In this document: positions 37,752 through 49,200 of the stretch, piece by piece
Layout of the letters: every line of letters starts with the position of its first letter
Numbering within the stretch: position 1 is the stretch's first letter
Position numbers and translations under genes: made by a program
Notes under the pieces: generated by a model
Seen by the model: the letters and a program-made list of their open reading frames with translations, nothing else
Database searches by the model: none
What the model was told of the DNA's origin: nothing
From: Amphiscolops sp. MND2022
Lineage: Eukaryota
NCBI GenBank assembly: GCA_964187785.1
Contig: OZ076411.1
Coordinates: 24,118,001 to 24,182,000, forward strand
Direction: 5' to 3'
DNA length: 64,000 nt

Positions 37752-39318
37752 TTGGCCAGCGGGTTAAACATTTTGACGTCAAAATACGTTCTCGAGAATT
37801 GTGAATCCCAGAGTCCATTTGCTCTGATATCGAGACGAGCTTCATCTTCAGTGCAAGTTGATTTATATTCGCTGGATTCCCTTTCTAACCTCTGAAGTTT
37901 CGGCTCCACGACATCGAAGCAAACGTCTTTCATTATCTTTGCGAACGTATCGCGTATTTCGTCATGTCTCATGTGAGTGTAGCCTCCTTTTCACCACATG
38001 GGCATTTGGCAAGTAAGTTCTTTGGCTCCCAACCGTAGCGCAGCGCGAGATGGTCCCGAATTTCAGACTTCGTAAGAGTGAAATCATAGCGTTTCAGTGG
38101 GAGGGCTGCTAGCCAGCTGGATGCTCCTTTTTCCGAAACAAGTGTAACTGCGTGTCGGTGTTCTTGATTCAAGTTGCATTTGACTTCTTCAAGCTTAGTT
38201 TTTTGAATTTCTTGCTTCTGTTTCTTTATCATGTTTACTGTTGAGTGTTGCTTCGCTTCAGCGGTGGTTAGATCCTTTTCATCTAGATGAGAAGTAACAT
38301 CCTTTGACCACTGCAGATCGTTTCTTCTGTCTTCGGGGGAAAGGATATTCAGCCCACCTTTGCTGAGCGGTAGGGAGAAAAGAGAACGTTCTGCTATAGA
38401 TAACTGATCACGGCCGGTGATGTTAGGGATCAGTTTCGTCGTTAAGAGAGATTCGGTGTTTTGCAGTGTGTTTTCCATGTCAGGTGTTCTTGACAAGAAA
38501 GTGAGTTTGTGTTGAACACCTTTTGTAAATGCATGATAGACAAACATTACATATATTACTGTTTGTAGCTTCCATCTTCGCAGTGTGGGTTAATTTTTGT
38601 TTTGGTTCTGTCGGTCTACTGGGATAGTGGCTGGCGTGAGCAGTAGTAGTATTGCTTTATCGTTTTGTTCGTTTCCATTTGTCTGCAGACTACGGCTGTG
38701 TATCACCCCTCCCCCTTCATGATGTCTAAATCTTCACTATTAATTGACGACGATCTATGTCATCTGAGAGTGGAAAAAGGAATGAGAGGAGCAAAATTGA
38801 TTCATTTCACTTCTCTGATTTTCAGTCACTCGAAAGAAGCCCAGGCTATCATCGTTTCATTTTCTTTCGGACTGATGATGCTTCGTAATAATGGAACTGT
38901 TTTCTAACGTAGGTTCATGAAGGAAATGACTCGATTCTATGTTTGGAGGTGGTAGGACTTTGAAAAAATCAACCCAATTGAAGTCTCTGTAAGTTTGAAG
39001 TCATTGAAGAAAGAAGGTTCTAAGTGTACATATTCCATTTTTAATATGCGATAAACTTTTTATACGACTGTTGTAAGTAATTTCTCGTGTTTTTAATGAG
39101 GTGGCCGTTCATTGACACTACTGCACAGGAGGGGTGCAGCTTGCAGCACATCGTAGACCGAACCTTCGGAAGATATTTTATTGAAGTTTTTCTTTTTTGG
39201 CCCTATGCTGCTTTTTCACGACGAGTACCGAGTATACCGATGTGCATGGTCTCCTTAAAAGTAGAAAAGTGCAAAAAAATGATGCAAACGTGTATTGGAT
39301 ATTCGAAGTTATTATTAT

Positions 39319-39430
39319 AACGTAGTCAGCTGTATTCACATACCCCCAGTGCTCCAAGTGCAGAAGCGGAGCGACGTGTCACTGCTGTTTTCGATAAAGG
39401 CCGACGTGGAAGTGCGCGAAGCGCTCCGAA
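39319..39430 (-). repeat. SINE core/tail fragment followed by TTCGATTTTT repeats
   Basis: aacgtagtcagctgtattcacata...gcggagcgacgtg. ttcgattttt occurs three times at ~39520-39560. Confidence 0.6.
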
Positions 39431-40054
39431 AATAAGGCCGTCTTGCAACCAGTTTTTTCGATATTGGCTGATAAAGCATTAAAATGTAGTTAATCGCATT
39501 CTTCGTTTTTTTACGAGCTTCGATTTTTACGACCTTCGATTTTTAGTACTTCGATTTTTACGAACTATTTTTGAAAACAAATCCCACAATGCTGAAAACC
39601 ACATTGTTTTGTAATTCGAAATCCGACAATAGAAGGGGGACCCTATGGCCCTATAAAGATCATTTGCTGAAAGTTGGTCCTTATTGGATTGGAAAAAAGT
39701 AACGAAAAGCCGCTAATAATCACTGTATCTTTCATAATTCGCCCACTAAAAAGTGAGTCGACGCACTTTATGAAATTACTACTCAGAAAATTTTCATCAA
39801 ATTTCTACTTGACAGCCGCTTTGCTTAACAGCGGTCTTTTCCAATTTCTTGTAATTTATTGTTTAAAACAGTTTTAAGTCCCCACCGTGCATTTTAAACT
39901 GAATTTAATTAAATGGCATGTAATTGGTATTTGACGAAGTTGGAAAAATTATGCTTATAGTACGATATATATTGGGCTCCAATATATATTCTGAAATATA
40001 AGATAATAAATAAGGACCGTGCGAACTGGAACCATTTTAAAAGGGTCTTCACGA

Positions 40055-40210
40055 AATAGAAGTAGCCCGAGTTGAAGCATGGGCAGTCAGAAAAAGATAG
40101 GCAAGGTGCCAGATCGCTGCAAGCTGCAGAGCCTCCATACAGTGTCAAAAACGGTCCCCTGAATGAAACAAGCACCAAGAACATCAAGTGGAGGAGAGAT
40201 TTATAAATTA
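40055..40210. repeat. ~160-bp dispersed repeat, copy 2, ~230 bp upstream of the channel ATG
   Basis: Near-identical to 36612-36772. Confidence 0.85.
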
Positions 40211-40441
40211 TATAAATATATATTAAACAGAAATATATATTCTGAAATGTGCTTTTTGTTTGAAAAATTGTTGACGAAATTTATTCAGAAAAGTGCTTAA
40301 TAATATGGCACCAGACGGCTCTATTCTTTAAATAAGGAAATTTATCAGCCAATCAAATCGTTCGTATTTCCAATGCTTCAATTTTCTAGACGTCCGCATT
40401 TGCTATTCTGCAAGTCTTCTGTTTCTGATTAACAAGCAGTA

Positions 40442-40651
40442 ATGCCTTCTTCAAAAATAACGGTTCTTTTAATTTGTGGACTTTTTTGCGTCAAAATAAA
40501 AGCGGCCATTCCATCTTTGTCGAGTCAGTTATTTAGCCATTTGAGCAACTCACTCAACAATTATAGCAACGTTACTCTTCCCTCACGTCGCAACGAGGAT
40601 GAACCTATAGAAGTCAAACTACAGATTCAACTTATTCAAATTCTCGAAGTG
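40442..40651 (+). CDS. Channel exon 1 (signal peptide to QILEV)
   Basis: ATG at 40442, hydrophobic leader, phase-0 donor GTTAGC at 40652. Confidence 0.85.
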
Positions 40652-43217
40652 GTTAGCTCAAGCAATGTTGAACAAGACTTTAAACTTTTTCTGCACTGTA
40701 TTTTAGGTATCAACTTTCAAAATGTTTTTCAGAATAGTTAATGTGTTTTAACATATCAAATAGCCGTACCTTTGTTTTTTGCGTTTGTCGAAAGGTCGCA
40801 ATGTGACGGCTCCATCTGAATAGAAGGTTGGTGCTAACGTGTTCTGAAATTGAGTATATTATTAATAATCCTGACTTAATCATTTCGAAAATCAATCTCA
40901 TGTGCTATTTCGCTTATATTATTTTTGTGATTCCAAAATTCACAATCTGATCTTTATGGAGAATTCAAGGATTATCGATCTTTCACTATATTGAGACCGT
41001 ACCGTGCAGCTAAAACCTTTCAGTTCTCAGAAATATTGTGGAATTTCTTCTGTTCTTTTGTGGTACTTAAATCAGTTTGAAAGTTTCAACTGACTATGCA
41101 TTGTAAGACCGTGAGAATGTAAGCTAGCTACTACGAAGCAAGCCAGAACCGTCATAAAGCTCAAAACTTTAAAGGGGACCATAAACAGTTCTTTAAAATC
41201 ATTTTTAATAATTCATTTTTTTCAGTGAACTTCCAATACCATAATTTCTTCAATGGCAAAATGTTTCAAAAATCATAGTTGAAATGCCTGACATTAATTT
41301 TTTCCTCTCTTCTTCAATCAGTTCTTTTACGCTTATTTCACCATCTCTAAAAGGTTGATGTGTACTGAAGAAACCACGAAGCGATATCATGCAAGTTTTT
41401 AAGCCCACACTGGCTGGTTAATCATAAAAACTTACTGTAAGCGCTTATATTGCTCGTGTTCGTTCTTTCGATACCAGAAGTTCAAATTTTCCGACTACAA
41501 AAGTTCAAAGCTAGACTTTCCCAGACGCAGAAAACATTTTTGAAAGCTAATCTAGTTCTTGACAAACGCGCTGATTTGAAACTATTTTTGTGGAATTATT
41601 TGTGGTTTATGATTTTCAAAAAGTTGCACATGTTTTTCATTAAAAGTAATTTTCCTTGAGCGATTAGACCAACAAAAATGATTTTAGCTGCAATGCAATA
41701 CTTAATTAGTCATCCCTGAAAACTATTAATGACAACATGGGCTTTTTTCAGGAGAAACACAATGTCTGAAATGTTTACCTAATTTTCACCAGTTTTCCCA
41801 AAAGAACAAAATGTATCTGACTGGTGATCTATTTTTTTTACAACATCATGCTTTAACCACTACGCTATAACGCATTTTGTCGCCTTTATGTTTCATGCGG
41901 ATGGAACTTTTCGTAGAACTATTTTTGTGACTTCGAGTGGATTGAATTCATAAAATATTTATGCATATTTTCGGGCGAATAAGCTAAAAATGAATCCTAT
42001 CTATAACACCTCTGATTGAAGAAACATTCCGTCTTCAGCTTGTGTCAGCAGCTTTTGAAAAAGCACGCTCAACATTAGGTGGAGACGACGCAACTACTGG
42101 ACTCTTAATTCATCATAATTTGTACAATCGAGGTGCTAAATAAATGATCATTTTTGTGTTATAAAAACTGATTAATCGTTCCCCGAGAGCATAACATTCG
42201 CAGGTGACGAAACAAACATTCCAAGATTTAGGTGCCTACAGTCAAAATTACCGAGTTTGGAATTTCGCAGATTCGAAAAAATGCAATTGTTTTGATGAAT
42301 CTGTTTGATAGAAGAGTTTTTCAAAAAAATTGTGTGAATCCTAAAAATTTGTGTTGAAATAAATGATGGATGATCTTTGAAATTTGTATGGAATTTTTTG
42401 CAGGTTCGCTGAGCCCCCGAATAGATCAATTTTACTTCAATTGTAGTTACGTCTAATTGAAGTGTATATCAATATGCTCCTTTTTTCGAGCAACAGAACT
42501 CATGGTCCGGTTTTGGGTAGTTCCAATGAAACTTTTTGATTGGCACGTCTTTGAAAACTTTGAACATTTGAAAGAGAAATCTCCCTGTTATTGACAGATT
42601 TGTTTCTGCAAACTTTCATGAAATGATACACTATGGTACCAAAAAGCTAAAGACAGTCAATTTGGCTACCAAAAATTCACAAAAAAGTCTCAGGAGCAAA
42701 AGCCACTCAAATTTTGATCTGCAATACAAAAGTATTTTTGTTTTGAAATTGCATCAAAATTTAAAATGTTATATCACATTGTATTCCGATGAATTTTGGA
42801 AATTTTTGAACTTTATTACGCAATATCTCAAAACTACTGGTCAGAAGAAAAACCTCCGATCATTTTTGTAGCCGCGACACTGATCTTTAAGTTTCATATT
42901 TAACAAGTATTCTGAAAGCTTCCTCTTGACAAATGAACAGCCAAAACACTTGTAATTTCGTCGAAATATTTTTGCGGAGTAGAAATTGACCATTTTGTAT
43001 TGTGATAATTTTGCAGAGGAGGGCGATTTCAGAAAAAAGTGTTCAATTCAAAAGTTAGAGACCTGAATCAAAGATAGTTTGTCTCAAACACTTTTTGTTA
43101 AGAAAGCGGTTCTCGAGATATTGCATTATAAATTTAGAAAAATCTAAAAGTCAAAAATCAGCGAAGACTTTTATAGCAACTAACTGTAGTTTTTGTGTGA
43201 GTTGAAAAAATACCCCT

Positions 43218-43260
<43 letters not shown>

Positions 43261-46200
43261 TTATTCTCATAGAGAAACCAAAAACAATTTAGCTAATACT
43301 TTTAAACAAAACACAATTCGAACAAGTACATACTATATAATAGGTACAAACAACGCCAATAGAGAATGTTTTATTCAACAGAAATTTTTTAACAGCTGTT
43401 TCATCGCTCTTTTGAAATCCATTCATTATTTTGTGTCGGAAAAGGTAATTGGCCATAATCGCGCTCCTCGTGAAGAAAGAGTTCAGATTGCTCGAGAGGG
43501 TATTGGTCTTGAAAAAATTGAATGAGCATATTCGTCGCTAGTTGGTTGAGTCGTTAACGACATGAAATTTCCTGTAATCATATTGGTATTTATTGTTCAT
43601 CAGTTGAGATAAAAAGATGAACGTTCTTAGCGCTCAATAAGGTGACAAATGGGAAGAATGGAGTGATTTTTCAGTAGCTGTTGATAAGAGGTTTTGGTAC
43701 CAAAAATCCATTTGAAGCACTGCTTTTGAAAATTTTCCATTATTTTCAAACGAGTTATATCGGGTGACCAAGATGGGATCCCATGTAAAAGAACAGATAA
43801 CACTTGTGAGAAATAAAGGTTGAATTTTTTCTCTGATGGGGTTTGCCATGGAATCTTTTGCTTCAATGAATAAAAACTCCTTTGGGCTTTTGTAACTATC
43901 ATCTGCACAGAATCCGTCCATTTAAGGCTATGACTAACAATGATTCCCAGATCCTTTGTATACTCAACTTTTTTTAACAGACAGTCATTCATAGTAACAG
44001 AGGTTAACCCCCTGAAATTTAAACAATTAGTTTTCCCGAGATTGGCAATCATTCCATTTGATAAGTTCCAATTGTAGAGACGTGTCAGGTCAGTGTGGAA
44101 ATTCAGTGAGGAGAAAAGGAGCTCAAGATCATCGGCAAACAACCAGATCATAGCGTCGAGAAAAATACTCGGAAGGTCATTGATAAATATAAGAAAGAAA
44201 AATGGTCCTAGAACTGACCCTTGAGGGACTCCACTAGGTACTGACAGATGTTCGGAAAAATAGCCGTTCACATTGACAACTTGGGTTCTCCCATTCAGAT
44301 AAGTTTCAAAAAGCAGGAGGAGCTCTGAATCAAACCCAAAGAGCTTAAGTTTAGATAATAAAATCTTATGAGGGACTTTATCAAACGCTTTTTCGTAATC
44401 CAAATAGACAGAGAAAAGGGTGCTAGATTTATTGCGATACAGTGTTTCCAGATAGTCTCTTAATTGAAGTACAGCATTTTTCCGGGATTGAAAGCCAAAT
44501 TGTTTAGGGTGAAGTTGAGCTTTGCACAATCCAAAAAGATAAACGAAAAGCAGCCGTTCAAAAATTAAGGAGATTTTTGACAATAAACTGATGGGACGGT
44601 AGTTTTCAATGCTGGCATTGGATAAGCTTTTGTGCAAGGGTCTGATAAAGGCAACTTTCCATAATGCCGGGAAGATTTTGCAGTCAGTAATAGAGTAAAA
44701 AAGATACGCAAGAAGATCAGCAAACATTTGTGGAACCATTTTCAATAACTGGCAGGGAAAATAATCATTGGTGGGATAAGTTGACAATTTGATTCTCATT
44801 ATTTCAATCAGGATAAGATCAGGTCGAATAGAAAATTTGAAATCCTTGAGACTTATGAACTCCGAAGATGAATAAGCAACGCCAGTATAAGAACCGGTGT
44901 TGAAATTTTTTGCAAAGAACTTATTAAAACCGTTTGCAATATCGACAGGATTTTCAAGGCGTTCTTGATCAAAGAACATAATCTTTGGATAGTCAGAGGA
45001 CTTTAAACTTCTCAGCAGGGCGAAACAATAGGAGAGATTAGAAGTCATTGAACCATTAATGAAACAGATCTTATCCATTTCGGAAAACTCTCGGAACTCA
45101 ATTTCCAATTCAGAAAGTCGAGACAGATTGGTTTCGTGTGAGTAGTTTTGTGTGAGTTGAAAAATACCCCTGTAATTCTGATTGGAATTTGCTAAGGTTT
45201 TGCTCCAATAACTTTTGTGTCTAATGATTATGTACAAATGTATTGCGATTTGAGATATTAATTCAAGTGTCTAGCTTTTTAGTACCCTAGTGTATGTGCT
45301 AGAAAAAAAATGAAAATTCATTTAGCAACATTAAAAATACTTCGTTTTTTGGAATCCCAGATGGGAAGTTTTAGAGGTTGGAAAGTACTTGCCAGGTGTC
45401 CTACTGGTTGAAGTGCGAGATTGTGGGTTTGAATCCTGCTCGGGTTTCAAAGTTTTTCTTTTTAGCTAAATAATTGAGCTAAAAGTTTCACAGGTAATGT
45501 TCAAAGGCCACTTGGCTTTGTATGACGATGCTTATAGGCTGAAGGCCTTGGGTTCGATTCTGGCCAATTTTGAATTTACATAATGACTTAGAGGTCAGAT
45601 CGAACGTCGCCAAAGCTAATGTTTTAAAGAGGTGAACTTCGAAGACTATATTATTCTGGTGTTTTCTTGTATTTACCTTGTTGCTTTTATAATTGTCTAG
45701 CCTTTTGCGAAGGTGTCCCTTTTCCCCAAAGGTATATTGTAACAACTTGACATGTGACAGTAAACGAAAAATATCACAGTGCCGCTTTAGTTCGGTGAAA
45801 TAAATTTCATTGAGATGAGTCTAACTGTAAATAGCTTAAAATCGAACACGTGGATGATCTCAGTGAAAGTGACCAAATTGGCATATTTTGGAAACTTCAA
45901 AAACTTGTTTTTTGAGAAAGTTTGTAATTTACTGCTAAATGTTTAAAAACGATTCACTGCTGGTATTTCTCATGAAATTTTTTTCGAAAGATTTTCGTCG
46001 AAGCGATTTTTAAGGATTTTTTGCTCGTGTATAAATCTTTAGCCCCGAAGGAGTCGCCTGAACCGATGAGTTATAGTTAATGATTGAAACCAGTCAACTT
46101 TGTAGTGTTAAATTGTAATGTGTTTATGTAGGATCCCAAAGAAGTATATCGAAGTTTTTCATGGTCTTCATCGTTCTTGTTACTGTTATCATACATTTTT

Positions 46201-49200
46201 TTCTTATCTTTGAACGTCCACATTTCTTTTTTTTCTCGTACAATTTTTCAAATTAGTTGAGGTTTCAGGATAATTCATTTAGTCACAGTTGTCGGCTTCT
46301 TGCTATTACACATTGACCACAAAGTGATATCGGAAAAGTTTTTTTCCGCTTCTTGCATTCATTGCGTCATCAAAACCTCATTCGGCTACGAGTAACATCC
46401 ATCTGCTCCACCGAAACTTGATTCAACTTTCCCATTTCCGAAGCTTCAAACACTTGAATAGGAAAATTGATGTTTGTCTATCCAATGGAGGAGTTCTTTG
46501 TTCCCATTGTAAAGCTGGGTATCGATGTGAGAAGAATGTCACTCATTCAGTCCTTGTGCTTCAGTAACTTTGGCAGAGCACGCTTTGGTTCCAAAATGAC
46601 GAATTGTAGTTAGATGTCGTGTCTCTGACGTTACAATGCTAGAATAGGTCGAAGGTGTTTGCAATATCATTTCATCTCGAGTTGTTTCTCTAACTTGCTT
46701 CATTTACTAAACGTCTGGTTGTTGGTTACATCTACAGCGATCTGAACTATTAATTTTTATCTTTCTGTGGTTTATTCGTTTGCAATTCTGGTGAGCAAAA
46801 GAGCAACGGATTTTCGGTAATATTTACGGCATTTAATGGTTGATGTTGACGGAAGTTTTCTACTTCTGAAGTGTAAATTAGTAGTTTGTTAAACTTTGTT
46901 CGTTTTTATTACTTTTGGTGGAAACTAATTTCTTGATACTAAATGGACAGTAACTCAAGTGACTTATTTTCAAAAGTCTAATCGTATCGGATCAAAATTG
47001 ATTAGTTAGTTTTGAAAAGCGCATAATAGTAAACCGCATTTAAGGTATCCGTTTTAAAGTCATTTCTTAATTTTTTATCTCAAAAGTTCATCTTTTGCTC
47101 TCGAGAATCATCTTTTGAAGCGCTTTCTTGCCATGAACGGGTGCGACGAAGCCTCGGCTGTTGAAGAAATCAAAGAGCAGTTCAACAGTACCATCAAAGA
47201 GGATTCTCCCAGCTTGATTCCAGGCGAAGCTGCTAAGTTTTTACAAAACGATGCCTTGTTGCTTCGCTTTTATCGTCACCAGAAGGGCGATGTGAAAAAC
47301 GCGGCCAAGATGTTAGAACGGTTCCTGAAGTGGAGGAAAACGTTTGGGTTGGATACGCTGAAGGAAAAAGACATCTCGAAATCTTTGCTCAAACGTGGAG
47401 CTATTCATCTGAAGGGATATAGCCGAGGTGGTCAACAAATACTCTGGGCGCATATTAAAAACATCAAAAAGGGCACAGATCTTGAAAGCGGCAAAAAGTT
47501 GTTTGTACTTCTTTTTGAGAAAATTCTCTGGGACCAGAACACATGCTCCAAGGTATTTTTTTTCTGAAATTGTTTTAATGTTTTTTGTTCGCGTGGTGAT
47601 TAAGTTTTGGAACTTAGATATGCTTCGTCATTGACATGCTGGATGCTGGCTTCTCAAACCTAGATATGGATCTGATGCGGTTCGTGGTCACGATGTTGCA
47701 AAATTTCTACCCAGAGCTTCCTGAAGTCATCATTCCTTACTCTATGCCCTTCTTATTTAAAGCAGCTTGGAATGTTATCAAAGGTTGGCTCGATGCCGAC
47801 TCACTGGCGCTGATCAAATTTTGCGGACATAAAGAAGTGGTAGCTTACATTGACCCTGCTCAGCTTCCTGAAAGCATGCATGGTTCAAATGCATTTCTCT
47901 ATGATTACGATCAGATTGGACTTGATAACCCAGATAAAAACGAGCCAAGCAATGAGCATAGTAGCAATAGCGTCAATTCGAGTGTGTCAGACAAAATCAA
48001 GCATTTTGATGGATGGGCAAGACGTGAAAGTTCTGAGAGCCAGGGGGTTTCCAAAAGGCAGTAAGTTGGTGCTTTCCAAAGGTTTCGATAAAAAATAGTT
48101 GACAGTTTCATTCGATGATCAATTACAGGTCTTTAAACGCTGCAAACACCGATTCAGAGGACATTGAAGATGTGTTCGGAGCCAACAAATCGAAGGATTC
48201 ATCGGGAGTGCCTGTATGTAGAAGCGGCGATAGTTTCATCATACTTGACAGAAACGGTGAAACAATAGAAGTCAAACGCGAAGAGCAAATAGTTGCTAAA
48301 CCTCAGGGACCGGAATGATGGTTGAATACGGTTAAGCAAATTTGAACAGCAATAATCCGAAAAGCTCAATGATATGTCTATCTAGTTGGTTCATTAATTT
48401 GGTTCTGGGCTCTTTCCTTTTAGATTTGAAAATTTCCTGGTTTTATTTATCAATAGATATTTATTGAAAAGGTTACCGGTCTCTGACGAATAGGAGGTAA
48501 AAATAGAAGATGGGGATACGCGTCGAGCAAATTTCCCAAAACCTCAGCCCCGCGAAAGAAGTGGAAGTGTGGCAGAAGGCATCCGTGCCATTGTGGGGCC
48601 TTCCGGTGCAACTTACCACGAAACACAGCGGGGCATGTTAGAAAACATGGACGTCTGCATGGGCAACTATATTTCGGCTGTGCCCTCAGTCATAGATCTG
48701 AACTTCCTAAAGACGAATGAACTGATCATCAAAAATCAGCATTCTAACAAAGTCGCCTTCAAGTTGAGATTGACGCACCCTCAGTTTCTGAAATTACGGC
48801 CTGTTTCCGGGGTTTTGCACTCTCCGGATGCCTTCTGTAATATCAAAATATTTCAGCAATCTAAGAATGGCTCTGCCCCTGATGTTGTGAAGGTGCAGAT
48901 TATTGCATGCCCGTTGACAGAACAGAAAGACGAAAAGCTTTTTGTGAAGGATCAAACCGAGTTCTGGAGAGATTTGAACACCAAATATACTGATAAACTC
49001 ATAGTCTATATTAAACTTCGCTCTGCAGACAAGGTATTCTCGGGCGATGAGCAAGTTCCAAGTGCAACTAGCGCGGTCCAGTTTGAGCTCGAAACAATAG
49101 GACAGCTTTTGACAGGGTTGTCAAATCAGACTGAGAATCTAGTTGAGAATAGCAAACGAATCAATGAAAATTTGTTGCTGCTTCACAAATGTGTTATAAT

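Larger units (their letters stand above)
36880..38550 (-). mobile_element. CRE-like RLE non-LTR retrotransposon 3' half, interrupted by a MITE
   Basis: KGGLNI, KGASSWL, CPCG, RHDEIRD, RLDIRANGLW..YFDVKMFNPLAK, then resuming KSCPKE..YEQRILDVE..FNPFVFACSGG after the insertion. Confidence 0.85.

Noticed and set aside
40720-40830. Channel exon 2 immediately after exon 1
   Set aside because: There is an in-frame TAA after the acceptor and no DxKNQ/W motif. The true exon is at 50172.
43193-43525. ORF with a poly-ER stretch
   Set aside because: It is a translation of the (AG)n microsatellite and the antisense LINE 3' region.
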